Below are positions 9,494 to 21,070 of a stretch of 64,000 nucleotides of DNA, one piece after another. The number at the start of each line of letters is the position of its first letter. The stretch's first letter is position 1. The stretch lies in assembly GCA_019638115.1 (NCBI GenBank), contig JAHBUK010000001.1:416287-480286 (forward strand), in the 5' to 3' direction. The position numbers and the translations under genes were made by a program. The stretch comes from Flavobacteriales bacterium. Its GTDB lineage: Bacteria; Bacteroidota; Bacteroidia; Flavobacteriales_F; PHOS-HE28. The notes below the pieces were generated by a model. That model was given only the letters and a program-made list of their open reading frames with translations, was not told the DNA's origin and ran no database searches.

Positions 9494-12400
9494 GTATCGG
9501 GTTGAATGATCAGTGGCCCTCAGTTGCTTGAACTGCCCTGCGAAGTATGCTCGCTCTTTCGATAGATGGATCTTGTACAAGGCCCCAGGCCCGCTTGGAT
9601 CCCACGGGTTCACACCCCACCAACTCATATCCCCGCCGGATACCTGATATAGGTATGGGAGTCTGTGTCCGCCCGAGATCGGATGGTAGCCCAGGACATC
9701 CGCGAACAGTTCTTGAGCAGGTGCTGGTGGCAATGAGCCAGTGCCGAATATCACCTCCTCTCCTTCGGCGGCGACAGTCCTTGGCGACGGAAGCCCTGCA
9801 TCACTCCACACCCTGGTGATCGGCATCAGATCACCGTCCTGTATCGTAACCATGGCCAAGCCATTCGACCAACGCTCCTGCACCATACTGAAACCACCAA
9901 CGAAAGCCACACCCGTGGAAGAAGCTGAAATTGCGTGCACTGGGCCATTGCATGTTGGACCCCAAGGAAGGAGCTCACCGGATTGCAGGTCCACTGCCGC
10001 CAGACGCATCCGTTGTTGGGCATTGATGAACGTGAAGTCCCCTCCCATGTAAAGCACATCGTCGTGGATGGCGAGTGCACGGACCCGGCCGTTGGGTTGA
10101 TGCTCCCACTCCAACGCTTCGCCTGTGATCGCGTCATGGACCAGGACCCCATTCGTTGAACCCATGTACAAGCGTGGTCCCTTCACAACGAACGCATTCC
10201 ACTCAGCACTCCACGGAACAGGGACCGCAAAAGGCTCCAACGCACCAGTTGCGGCATCGATCCGCGCCACTCCTGACACAGCCTGCCCTTGAACCTCCGA
10301 CATAGCACCGGCGAGGTAGAGGTATCCGGCATCCAGGAAGATGGCGTGTACAGCTCCCACCACATCGATCTGTGTAGCATGGGGCCTTCCAGTACCTACA
10401 TCCAACACCAGCAAATTGGCATGCTCACCACCACCTTCCCAAATAACCTCTCTTTCATGGAAGCCCGGCTCAGCCATGACGAACACCGAATTGCCGACCA
10501 CGGCCACGCTGCCCGACCGCCCCCTTGGACCTGTCAGTTCCCCAACGGCAGACCCGTTTACCCGATGTATCGCACTCACTCCCATCCCTGACCAAAACCC
10601 GTTCGAAAGGCTAAGGAGCGCGATGCGTCCAACAACGAAAACGGTATCACCACTCACGCACAAACCCAATGCCGAAGGAGCCTCGATACCTGGTGTCGGA
10701 TCTTGATCGACCAATAAGTTCGTAAAGTCCTGTGGTTGCCAATCCAGCAAGGAGAACGAAGCCAGATCGAGGGCTGCCAGATTCCGGCGGACCTGCCCAT
10801 TCACTTCATGAAAACTTCCGACCAGGTACACCGAATCACCCTGGATGGCGATGTCGTTCACACGAGGAGGAGCGCCTTGGAACCCACTGAACACGGCTGA
10901 GAAGGGTCGCACTTCGGCGGTCGTCATCGACAGCGCTGCAACACCCGTTCGAGGCACTCCGCCGACCTGGGTGAAATCACCGCAGATGTAGAGGTCATCA
11001 CCCTTCAACTCCATTCCTTTCACACAGCCATTCACGGTGGTGGACCATGAACTGACCTGCCCACTGGTGATATCCACACGGGCAAGCCCCTGGCGTGGAA
11101 CTCCGCCCACGTAACCAATACAGCCGGCCAATACCAACTCGCCGTTCCATGCCAACATTTCGCGTATCCCCATCTGTCCGGAAGCAGAGATGTCCATGGA
11201 CCATCCCGTTGCTTGGCCTGTGGTGGCATCCAAGGCCACCAGGCGATATGAACCCCATTGAAGCGTTACCGACACACCCGATACGAAACCGAACAGGTGA
11301 ACACCGTTGGTACCAAGTACACTTGCCCGCCTGGGTTGCTGATGTTGCCAAGGCAGGACCTGTGCTGTTATTGGATCCACGGCAGCTATGCCGGACCGCT
11401 GCTGACCGCCAACACTGGCGAAGTTCCCGCTGATGTACACCACTCCATTCAAGGGCTCAAGTCGGGATATCGCAATATCCGTTTCGGGATGCCAAGGAGT
11501 AAGCGCACCCGTGAGCAGATCAATTTGCGCCACGCGCGTGCGAGGCTCACCATTCACGGAAGTGAACGGCCCGGTCAAATAGAGGATATCCCCTTCCGAT
11601 CGGATATCCTCAACGGTGCCCCCACTCACCGTGAAAGGAAGCGGTTGCACTGCACCTGTAACCAGATCGACCTTGGCGAAGCCTGCACAGGGCACTTCGT
11701 TGACCGTAGTGAAATCGCCACATACATAGGCCGAGCCGTTGTGCTCGATAACCCTGCGCAGACTCCCGTTCGCATCGAAGAGGGCTGGTATCGTTATACC
11801 TGTTACCGCATCCAACCAAGCCTGATCACTTTCGACCCCATTGATGAATTCATAAGGCCCGCCGATGTACACCTTTCCAGCAACCACTTGAAGCCATGGC
11901 AAGGGCTCATCATCTATTCCATAATAGGAGAAGAAATGCGCCTTGAATGGCAACAATTGGCCAGTCGCCATGTCGATCGCGGCGATGTAAGGCCTATCCT
12001 GCCATTGAACCCTGTCAAAAAACCCGGTGAGGTAAAGCACGTTGCCCGACACGGTCACCTGCTCGATCTTTCCGTTGACCCGTGCATCCCACGGATGTAA
12101 TGCACCATTTGCTGAAAACCTGGCCAATCCATCCCTGCGCTGTCCATCCACATACTTGAAATCACCCCACACATACCATCCTCCATCAGCTGCAGCGAAT
12201 GCTCCATTGACCTGACCATCAAAATCCACGGAATTCCACAGCAACTCACCCGTGTCACCGTGCAAGCTCCCCCAGTAATCCGGTGGATCACTTCCGGTGA
12301 TATGATCCTCGCGATGCGCCACGTAAAGCACGCCATCATGCAACAGCATGCGCTCAACCGTCCCACGATCGAATCCTGCCCCGGCATCACCACCAAAGGG

Positions 12401-12787
12401 CAGCAACTCCCCGCTGGCCGACACATGCGCGATCCGGTTGCGCGGCTGCCCATCCACTGCCGTGAAGGCACCACCGAGGTAGTAGCCGCCCTGTCCATCG
12501 GGCACCACATCATAAGCCTGATCGTTGGGCAGCGGTGCAGTGTGTACCGGCAGGCCCGTACTGCGATCCAGCGGTGTGCCACCGAACATGGGCGGACCAA
12601 CCTTGTTGAAAGCACCACCCACGTACACCACGCCGTTGGCCTCGTCCTCCACCACGGAATACACCGGGCCATCGGGCTGCCACCAGTGCTCCAAGAGTTC
12701 TTGCGCTTGGGTAGCGCTGATCATAACGAACATGCTCAACAGCGCGGGCGCCAAGGTCCTCGATAGTATGTCCATTGTGATCGGCAT
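8714..12787 (-). CDS. Secreted multi-beta-propeller repeat protein with conserved dockerin-like C-terminal module (gene F)
   Basis: Signal peptide; many repeats LY(V/L)GGxFTxVxGQxRxxxAAxDxxTG; C-terminal HRNHLGVMT...GDANFDGVVKYTGADNDRD...RVEQVP. Confidence 0.8.
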   Translation of the reverse strand: MPITMDILSRTLAPALLSMFVMISATQAQELLEHWWQPDGPVYSVVEDEANGVVYVGGAFNKVGPPMFGGTPLDRSTGLPVHTAPLPNDQAYDVVPDGQGGYYLGGAFTAVDGQPRNRIAHVSASGELLPFGGDAGAGFDRGTVERMLLHDGVLYVAHREDHITGSDPPDYWGSLHGDTGELLWNSVDFDGQVNGAFAAADGGWYVWGDFKYVDGQRRDGLARFSANGALHPWDARVNGKIEQVTVSGNVLYLTGFFDRVQWQDRPYIAAIDMATGQLLPFKAHFFSYYGIDDEPLPWLQVVAGKVYIGGPYEFINGVESDQAWLDAVTGITIPALFDANGSLRRVIEHNGSAYVCGDFTTVNEVPCAGFAKVDLVTGAVQPLPFTVSGGTVEDIRSEGDILYLTGPFTSVNGEPRTRVAQIDLLTGALTPWHPETDIAISRLEPLNGVVYISGNFASVGGQQRSGIAAVDPITAQVLPWQHQQPRRASVLGTNGVHLFGFVSGVSVTLQWGSYRLVALDATTGQATGWSMDISASGQMGIREMLAWNGELVLAGCIGYVGGVPRQGLARVDITSGQVSSWSTTVNGCVKGMELKGDDLYICGDFTQVGGVPRTGVAALSMTTAEVRPFSAVFSGFQGAPPRVNDIAIQGDSVYLVGSFHEVNGQVRRNLAALDLASFSLLDWQPQDFTNLLVDQDPTPGIEAPSALGLCVSGDTVFVVGRIALLSLSNGFWSGMGVSAIHRVNGSAVGELTGPRGRSGSVAVVGNSVFVMAEPGFHEREVIWEGGGEHANLLVLDVGTGRPHATQIDVVGAVHAIFLDAGYLYLAGAMSEVQGQAVSGVARIDAATGALEPFAVPVPWSAEWNAFVVKGPRLYMGSTNGVLVHDAITGEALEWEHQPNGRVRALAIHDDVLYMGGDFTFINAQQRMRLAAVDLQSGELLPWGPTCNGPVHAISASSTGVAFVGGFSMVQERWSNGLAMVTIQDGDLMPITRVWSDAGLPSPRTVAAEGEEVIFGTGSLPPAPAQELFADVLGYHPISGGHRLPYLYQVSGGDMSWWGVNPWDPSGPGALYKIHLSKERAYFAGQFKQLRATDHSTRYRHNLAVYSRPQPKGVRVSPRVRLGGASTSSGNMSDSLRVLGLLPAVEPYSALGYGHSLHGGAESADPPVFDVPDNNAIVDWVVVELRAATNPAQVLGTRSALLRRDGLVKDVDGSTDLVFDLPRGNYHIAIRHRNHLGVMTAQAIPLSADPSTVDFTDPLTPTYGAEAQTEVGGQRMLWPGDANFDGVVKYTGADNDRDAVLQAIGGANPVNVVQGTYATEDVNLDGTIKYVGADNDRDVILQTIGGTVPTAVRVEQVP

Positions 12788-12906
12788 TCGTAGTACCTAT
12801 TGCATCCATACCATTGATGAAGGTAGAACCTCCCTTGTCATTTCCTTCTTATCCATGCGCACCACGTTCATCCGCGTCATAGACCGGCAGAAGTGGCACC
12901 AAGCCC

Positions 12907-15900
12907 CTACGGCAACTGCTCCACCCGCACCGCCGTAGGCACCGTACCGCCGATCGTTTGCAGGATCACATCACGATCATTGTCCGCACCCACGTATTTG
13001 ATGGTGCCGTCCAGGTTCACGTCCTCGGTGGCGTAGGTGCCCTGCACCACGCTCAGTGGGTTGCTGCCGCCGATGGCCTGCAACACCGCATCGCGATCGT
13101 TGTCGGCGCCGGTGTATTTCACCACGCCATCGAAGTTGGCATCGCCGGGCCAGAGCATGCGCTGGCCACCCACCTCGGTCTGCGCTTCTGCGCCATAGGT
13201 GGGTGTGAGCGGATCGGTGAAGTCCACCGTGGAGGGATCCGCTGACAATGGAATCGCTTGGGCGGTCATTACACCCAGGTGGTTGCGGTGGCGATGGCAT
13301 GTGGTAGTTGCCGCGCGGCAGGTCGAACACCATCGGTGCATCCGTCCACATCCTTCACAAGACCATCGCGCCGCAAATGCAAGATGCTGCGCGTGCCCAA
13401 CACCTGTGCGGGGTTGGTGCAGCACGTAACTCCACCACCACCCAGTCAACAATGGCGTTGTTGTCCGGAACATCGAACACGGGCATCCGCACCTCGGCAC
13501 CGCCGTGCAAGCTGTGCCCGTAGCCCAATGCCGAGTAGGGCTCAACGGCGGGCAGCAGACCAAGCACACGCAGGCTATCGCTCATGTTGCCTGATGAGGT
13601 TGACGCACCGCCCAGCCGCACCCGGGGAGATACGCGCACACCTTTGGGCTGCGGACGGCTGTACACCGCCAGGTTGTGGCGTGCTGATCTGTTGCTCCAA
13701 AGGTCTCTGATCCGAGCGAACTCGCCCACCAGATAGATGCGTTCGTTGTTCAGGTTAGCATGCAGGAACGCCCCAGGAGTCCACGAGCTAAATGCGCCTT
13801 GAGCAGCACCTTCGGCATCACCGACGGGCAGACCCGTTCCAGAACCAGAAGGCATATGAAAGGACTCCAAGTAGCTCGTCACGGAGGCAAGAGGATCATT
13901 CGGAGTAGGATTGGTGCAGAGGACCACCAGATCACCTTCCGCAGCAACCGAATAGGTCGGAGGAATACAGCAATCTTCCCAGAAGCGAACATGCGGTAGA
14001 ACAGCCGCGTCCAACGTGGTCAACACGGCAAAACCATCCCGATATGTGTTCTGTACATCACTGAACGACCCCACGATCGCCACTCCATTGGAACTGGCCG
14101 AAATGTCCCGCACTGAGCCAGTCACGGAAGGGGCCCAATCCATAAGGGTGAGCGATGCCACATCGATGGCCGCCAATCGCATACGGGCCTGACCACCCAC
14201 TTCAGTGAAGTCACCACCCATGTATAGGACGTTCCCCAGCATATCCAATGCGCGCACACGTCCGTTCGCTTGAAGCGGCCATGGTACAGGCATACCCGTT
14301 ACAGCATCGTAGACCAGAAGACCAGCTTCGGAACCCATGTAGATGCGTCCTTCGTGGACTGCAAAGGCATGCAGTTCATCGCTCCAAGGAACCACTGATG
14401 CGAAAGGGACCAGCGTCCCGGTCTGTGTATCGATCCGCACGACCCCGGACGTAGCCTGGCCTTGGACTTCAGTTATTGGCCCAGCCAGGTACAACTGGCC
14501 ATCCGTTAACCGCAGCGCATGGACCTCTCCCACCACATCGATCTGTTGTGCTATGGGCTCACCGCTTATTACATCCATAGCGACCAAAGCGGTTCGCGAA
14601 CCGCCCCCCACCCAGCTCAGCTTTCTGTCGTATAAGTAATTATTGATCCCCAGTGCGAATAGTCGGGAATCGATCACCTTAAGTCGAAACACCACACCAT
14701 AAGGTGCTTGAACTTCTTCCAGCACTGCTCCTGTGCTCCGATCGGTCGCTGCAAGTCCATTGCGCTGTTCCGATATCCATGTGCCCGGTTGGGTCAGGTA
14801 GTTGAAGCGACCGCCAACGAAGACAGTGTCACCGCTTACTTCAATGGCATCCACCCCGCCCATGTCATCCGACCAGGAATTGATGTCCCAAGGTGCCCAG
14901 TCCGTAAGCTGCCCGGATTGCAGATCGACCGCGGCCATGGAGGCGCAGAATTCACCGTTCACTTGCCAGAACTTCCCGACCAGATAAAGGGTGTCGTTCA
15001 CGATGTCGATATCGTTCACGGCGACCGGCGTACCCTGGTATCCGGAAAGGGACAAGGTGAATGGAAGCACCTCTCCGTTCGTTGCTGAAACGGCTGCCAG
15101 ATGCATTCGAGGTTCACCGGAAACCTGAGTGAATCCACCACATAGGAAGAGCTCATCCCCACGGGGGGCAAGACGCAGCACAACATTCCCATTCAAGCCA
15201 ATGTCCCAGGGCAGGACCTGGGCATTCCCGAGATCCACCTTAGCCACGGAATTCCGAGGAGTGCCATCGATCGAATTGAAGCTGCCGGCCAGGAACAAAG
15301 CATCATCCGCAACGAGCATATCCATTACCTGCGGGGTGGATGGACCCTCAACCTGCAACTGCCAGCCGGTCGGCTCTCCACTCATTGCATCCAAAGCGAC
15401 CACCCGCAGACCTGGCACAGCAGTGGTGGTGACCGGATCGCAGCGAAGGAAGACCGCTTCTCCATTGCTTCCGAGCAAGGTTTTGGCACCCGGGTGCTGT
15501 GGATGCCAATTCGCCAGCTCCCCACTCTGGGCATCCACAGCGGCAGCACCATTGCGCACCTGCCCGTTCACCGCTGCGAATGGCCCGCTGAGGTACAGCA
15601 ACCCATCGGACAAAAGGAACTCCTCCACCACACCGCTCACTTGCGGGGCCCATGGGCTTAGCTGACCTGTGGCTGCATCGATCCGGGCCAGGCCACTGCG
15701 GGCTTCACCATTGATGCTGGTGAAGGTTCCGCGGAGGTAGAGTTGCCCATCCTCCAGCAGCAGGCCTTGCACCTGTCCTCCTTCCACGGAGAACGGCGTT
15801 GGAAGCAATTCACCGCTCCCGGCATCGACCACCGCGAAGCCGCTGCGCGGCTCGCCATTGATGACCGAGAAGTTGCCGCACAGCCAGGCAAGCCCATCAT

Positions 15901-16936
15901 GGACCACCATGGAACTCAAAATTCCGTTGGTGGTGAATGGCGGTACCACGTTCGCTCCCGTAGTGGCATCCACCCAACCTGGATTCGATCCAGCCCCATT
16001 GATCGACTCGAAGTTCCCGAAGAGATAGAGCTTATCGCCCAAGGGCAGGATCCTTATCGGATGCGGGTTCTGTATGGAACCGAAGGCCGTACTGAAAACA
16101 GCACTAAAGGGCAACAGCGACCAGGTGGGAATATGAATGGCCGCCATGCCGGAACGGGGCTGGCCAAGCACACTGTTGAAGCCGCCGGCGAGGTACATGA
16201 CATCCCCTACGACCACACAGCTTGCGACCCCGCCGTTCACTTGAAGATCCCATGGATGTGCAGCACCGTTGGCGCTTATGCGTGCAATGCCACCTCGCCT
16301 GACACCGCCAACATGAACAACTCCGCCATACATGTACCAGCCGTTGTTCGGCGCAGCAAAGGCGCCGATGGCATACCCGTCCAGTGTTGATGCGTCCCAG
16401 CCAAATGCCCCGTTGGTCTTTGACACAGGACCCGTGTAACCCGGCACGATCTGGGAGGATGTGGCCAGCTGCCGATGCGCCACATACAACACCCCGTCAT
16501 GCAACAGCATGCGTTCCACCGTACCCGCATCAAAGCCTGCACCGGCTTCGCCACCAAAGGGCAACAACACCCCACTTGCAGGTACATGCGCGATCCGGTT
16601 GCGCGGCTGTCCATCCACTGCGGTGAAGGTACCACCCAGGTAGTAGCCTCCCTGTCCATCGGGCACTACATCGTAGGCCTGGTCGCTGGGCAAAGGCGCA
16701 GTGTGTACCGGCAGACCCGTGCTGCGGTCCAGCGGTGTTCCTCCATACATGGGCGGACCCACTTTCTCGAACGCACCACCGACGTAGACCACGCCGTTGG
16801 CTTCGTCCTCCACAACGGAATACACCGCGCCATCGGGCTGCCACCAGTGGTCCAATAGTTCTTGTGCGAAGGTGCCGGTGGTGGGCGCTGCAAGGAGAGC
16901 GATCGCGAGCACACGCGAAGCATTTAGGCTGTTCAT
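12907..16936 (-). pseudogene. Tandem paralog of gene F (gene E), frameshifted within the C-terminal module; possibly a sequencing artefact
   Basis: ORFs 13355-16936 and 12907-13569 together rebuild a full F-like protein; several 1-3 nt indels relative to F cluster at ~13290-13495. Confidence 0.75.
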
Positions 16937-17063
16937 GGTAGGCGTGGTAATGTGGGACCGAACAACTGACCGAACACATCCTTGCAGGGACGAACGTGAA
17001 GGTAATGTCGGAATGGCTTTTTACAACACCCGGCACATACATCGCGCTGGCTATCTTTCCCGC

Positions 17064-18028
17064 ATGTCATCCGGACAGCGCCACCGCCTTTTGCGTTGGC
17101 TACCCACGCCGCAGACCGCGAATGAACATGCCCGCACGAATTACGTGCGCGCCAAACGCCTTCGGCACTTGCGGATCAACCTGCGCCGTGGGTTGAAGGA
17201 TGCGCTTTTCTCCTTGCTGGGGGTGTTCTCCGCAGCCTTCGCACTGGAGGGTTTCCTTTTGCCCAACGGCTTCCTGGACGGTGGTGCCACGGGCATCGCC
17301 CTGCTGGTGAACCGCTTCGTGGCGATCGAGTTCGCGGCGATCCTCATCATGATCAACATCCCCTTTCTGCTGATCGCCTACAAGCTCATAGGCCGTGCCT
17401 TTGCGCTGCGGGCAACCGGGTCCATTGTGGCCCTGGCATTGATCACCTGGCAGGTGGACTTTCCGGAAGTGACGCACGACAAGCTGCTGGTGGCGGCATT
17501 CGGCGGTTTCTTCATGGGTGCCGGCATCGGCCTCGCGGTACGTGGCGGCAGTGTGCTGGATGGCACCGAGGTGCTCGGCTTGGCGCTGGGGCGACGTATC
17601 GGCATCACCATCGGCGATGTGGTGCTGCTGATCAACGTGTTGATCTTCACCGTGGCCGCCTGGCTGATCGATGTGGAGACCGCGCTCTACGCCATGATCA
17701 CCTTCCTCGCCGCCAGCAAGACCATGGACCTGGTGATCGAAGGCATCGAGGAGTACAGCGGCATCACCATCATAAGTCCGCACCACGAGGACATCCGCCA
17801 CATGATCGCCAATACCATGGGACGCGGACTCACGGTATACAACGGCAAGCGCGGTTTCACCAAGGGTGCCGGTGCCAACGATGTGGACATCCTGTACTGC
17901 GTGTTGACCCGCCTGGAGGTGAGCCGCTTCCTCTCAGAGGTGCAGAAGATCGACCTAATGCTTTTGTGATCATGAGTCCGGTGAAGGATGTGAAGGGCGG
18001 CATCATGCGCAAGCGCAGGGCGCATTGA
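17064..18028 (+). CDS. YitT/DUF161-DUF2179 family membrane protein (1 nt frameshift at ~17955)
   Basis: FLLPNGFLDGGATGI, GGSVLDGTE, IEGIEEY motifs. Adding one base at ~17955 gives ...IDxNAFVIMSPVKDVKGGIMRKRRAH-stop at 18028, matching the intact copy at 24311-24499. Confidence 0.85.
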
Positions 18029-18050
18029 GGTCGTTCGCCTCCCTCCGCAC

Positions 18051-20837
18051 CTATGGCACCTGCTCCACCCTAACCGCCGTGGGCACACTGCCACCGATAG
18101 TCTGCAGGATCACATCGCGGTCATTGTCCGCACCCACGTATTTGATCGTGCCGTCCAGGTTGACATCCTCGGTGGCGTAGGTGCCCTGCACCACGTTCAC
18201 AGGGTTGGCGCCACCGATGGCCTGTAGCACCGCATCACGGTCGTTGTCGGCCCCGGTGTATTTCACCTGTCCGTCGAAGTTCACGTCCCCAGGCCAGAGC
18301 ACGCTCACACCGCCCACCTCGTTCACTGGTGCATTGCCATGGATGAATGCCGGCGGGTATACCGTGAAGTCGAAGGATGTGACCAGACCAGTGCCTGCAT
18401 CGTGTGTTTCCTGCTCATAGTAGGTGCGCACCCCGAGGTGGTTGCGGTGGTGTACCGAGACCATGAACCATGCGCCAGTGGCGGGGATAAGCACGGGCGA
18501 TAGGCCGTCGGTGTCCACCACCTGGCCATCGCGACGCAGCAGCGCGGCCCGTGCGTGATAAATGATCGATGCATCAATGATGTCCCGCAGTTCCAGCACC
18601 ACCCAGTCCACGATCGCGCCGGGACCTTCAACCGCCAGCACGTCCGCATGCACCGTTTCGCCACCACCGCCTTCGGGAAAGTTGTAGCCCAGGGCGGTGT
18701 ACGGTTCCTGCATGGGCAGCAAGCTATGTACACGCAGGTCGTCATGCATCAGACCCGTGTCTGCATCGTATGGACCACCCAGGAACACGCGTACGTCGAG
18801 CAGGACCGCTTCAGGTGGTATCGGCACCGAAAGCACACAGGGGTCGGTGATGATCGGTGGGTTGAAGTCGAAGTAGATGCCGGCCAGGTTCTCCACCTCA
18901 TCGCCAGGCTCGGTCATGAAACCATCACGCATTCGAATGCGGAAGGAGACCAGGCCATGGCTGAGTGCTTCGTTCACATTGCTGTCCGGGAGCATGATGC
19001 CCGGGAAGGCGAACTTGAGGATCCCGGCCCCCTTGATCATCCAAACGAAATTGTGCGAGGCGCCGAGGACATCGAGGCTCGCCGGATCCAATTGCGGCGG
19101 CAGTGTATCGATGATCAACACGTTGAAGGCAGTGTCCGTGCCGGTGTTCTGGAAACGGATCGTGTAATCGACCCACTGGTCCTCGCCGGGGATCCACGAG
19201 GTGTCGTTGCCACTGCTGGTGCGGGCCAATTTATCGTTGGGGTCATAGGCGCCGGTTATCACCCGGTCCACCGATGCGCTATTGTTGCTCAGATCACCGT
19301 CCTCATTGGTCGTTTCGGCCACCGCCGATACGGTGACCGTACTGCCCAGCAAGCCCACATCGGGCGGTACCTGAAAGTCCACCACGAACGATGCCTGACC
19401 GTACGGGGCTAGTGAAGGTAGCTGCCAGGTGAGGGTGTTGCCCTGGACGCTGGACCCATTCATAGGTTCGGCGGACAAGAACTCAAGGACCTCATCGAAC
19501 TCCACGCTCAGGGTCCAGTCCCCGGTGGGCAATGGCCCCAGGTTCTCAGTGAAGAACCTCACCCTGTAAGGAAAACCCGGCCGGGCGCTGCCTCTCGTCA
19601 TACCCAACCTCAGGTCCATGGGCACAGTTGCTTGCGAGGGGAAGTTGAAGTTTTCCACCCCAGGGACGCCCGTGATGGTGAAGGTGACCGGGTCGGCACC
19701 GCATATTGCCTGCGCTTGGGGATGGGACATGGTGGCCGTGTAGGTGCCCGTTGCAAGTACTAACGGTGAAGTGTACCCGCCACCTGTATTGGTGTAAACG
19801 GGGCCGGGCAACACCTCGATCACCGCATTGCGCAATGATGTTTCACCGCCATTGAACAAGCAATTCTCATTCGCATCAAGCCATGCCCTGCCCCTGGCCC
19901 TTCCGCAGGTTCCTCCTGCAGAGGGCACCTCCACAAGCACCGAATCGCCGATCACATGTGCGCCGGATTGGATCCTGACCCACCAGGACCCCGTAGGCAC
20001 CTGCTCTATGGTGCCCATCCCGCCGGGAGAAAGCCATACGCCAGTAGTCAACCAGTTACCGCCCGAAGCGTTCCTGCGTCGTAACTCCCCACCAGAAGCA
20101 GGCCAGGGACCAGGCACGGTAGCCCCTGCTGCCACGGTGACACGGCCGGTGGGCGCATTGGAACACGAACCTTCCACATCCACCAACTGGATCGCAGGGA
20201 GCACGGTGGGATTGCCGATCGCGAGGGTCATATTCACGTTCCCACCACATCCATTGAAGCCACTCGCATTGAGCACCGTGCCGGGAGACACATTGTCTAT
20301 TCGCCAGTTGCCAGAGCAAGTACTGGGAGTGCCAGAAGGACACGGTCCGGAGAGCCACGTGTATCCCGGGCCGTCGAACCATATATCGTAGGTCTCGGTC
20401 ATGTATACTGTACCATGTATTTGACCACCCGGAGAATAGGGGTAGTGCTGTGCATAGAATTCCATTTCTCCCGGATAACCGATCACATAGGGCTGTGCAT
20501 CATCCCATTTCACCAGTCCATCCCCGTTCGTTACCGACGCACTTGCTCCATTCATCCAATTCCCACCGAACAAATTATGGCTCCGGTACATCTGGTATTC
20601 TTCGTCGTTGTTGGCAATGTTCGGTGGCAGGGCATCCCATTGGATCATGATGGGGTAGATGGGGTTGTACACCGTAAGCCAGTACGACGAGACCCCTTCA
20701 TCGTAGCAAGTAATAGTAGGTGAGACTACCGTCACATTAAAATCCCCTTGTGCCCAAGCGCGCTCAGCGTGGCTGAACAGGAAGAGGCATGACACCATGG
20801 TCAGTAGAACATTACGCATGTGTTCCATGAGGTTCAT
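18051..20837 (-). CDS. Secreted protein with DUF11-like and DUF7619-like Ig domains plus dockerin-like C-terminal module (gene A)
   Basis: Signal peptide; DGDLSNNSAS; GAYDPNDK...YTIRFQNTGTDTA...IYFDFNPPI; C-terminal HRNHLG...GDVNFDGQVKYTG...RVEQVP. Confidence 0.8.
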   Translation of the reverse strand: MNLMEHMRNVLLTMVSCLFLFSHAERAWAQGDFNVTVVSPTITCYDEGVSSYWLTVYNPIYPIMIQWDALPPNIANNDEEYQMYRSHNLFGGNWMNGASASVTNGDGLVKWDDAQPYVIGYPGEMEFYAQHYPYSPGGQIHGTVYMTETYDIWFDGPGYTWLSGPCPSGTPSTCSGNWRIDNVSPGTVLNASGFNGCGGNVNMTLAIGNPTVLPAIQLVDVEGSCSNAPTGRVTVAAGATVPGPWPASGGELRRRNASGGNWLTTGVWLSPGGMGTIEQVPTGSWWVRIQSGAHVIGDSVLVEVPSAGGTCGRARGRAWLDANENCLFNGGETSLRNAVIEVLPGPVYTNTGGGYTSPLVLATGTYTATMSHPQAQAICGADPVTFTITGVPGVENFNFPSQATVPMDLRLGMTRGSARPGFPYRVRFFTENLGPLPTGDWTLSVEFDEVLEFLSAEPMNGSSVQGNTLTWQLPSLAPYGQASFVVDFQVPPDVGLLGSTVTVSAVAETTNEDGDLSNNSASVDRVITGAYDPNDKLARTSSGNDTSWIPGEDQWVDYTIRFQNTGTDTAFNVLIIDTLPPQLDPASLDVLGASHNFVWMIKGAGILKFAFPGIMLPDSNVNEALSHGLVSFRIRMRDGFMTEPGDEVENLAGIYFDFNPPIITDPCVLSVPIPPEAVLLDVRVFLGGPYDADTGLMHDDLRVHSLLPMQEPYTALGYNFPEGGGGETVHADVLAVEGPGAIVDWVVLELRDIIDASIIYHARAALLRRDGQVVDTDGLSPVLIPATGAWFMVSVHHRNHLGVRTYYEQETHDAGTGLVTSFDFTVYPPAFIHGNAPVNEVGGVSVLWPGDVNFDGQVKYTGADNDRDAVLQAIGGANPVNVVQGTYATEDVNLDGTIKYVGADNDRDVILQTIGGSVPTAVRVEQVP

Positions 20838-20972
20838 GTTTCAACGCAACTCCAGGTAGCGCAAATGTGTGCTTTGCGCAAGGGCCGGCCCCTCTCGCGT
20901 ATCCCGGATCATACCATCAAGACGGTATCTCTCCATGATAGTTGCCGCAGCGAACATACATCCGCAGCTCGA

Positions 20973-21070
20973 TCAAGGCACCTGCTCCACCCGCACCGCC
21001 GTGGGTACGGCTCCACCGATCGTCTGTAGGATCACATCGCGGTCGTTGTTCGCGCCCACGTATTTGATCG
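20973..21070 (-). pseudogene. Orphan 3' fragment of a dockerin-like-module gene (A')
   Basis: The minus strand encodes IKYVGANNDRDVILQTIGGAVPTAVRVEQVP-stop with no upstream gene body. Confidence 0.85.

Noticed and set aside
12788-12906. Duplicated ppx 3' end between genes F and E, by analogy with yitT
   Set aside because: Only a few matching bases next to the stop codons; no recognisable ppx coding similarity.
17950-17969. Programmed frameshift in yitT
   Set aside because: No slippery sequence; a single missing base relative to the second copy is better explained by sequencing error or a recent mutation.
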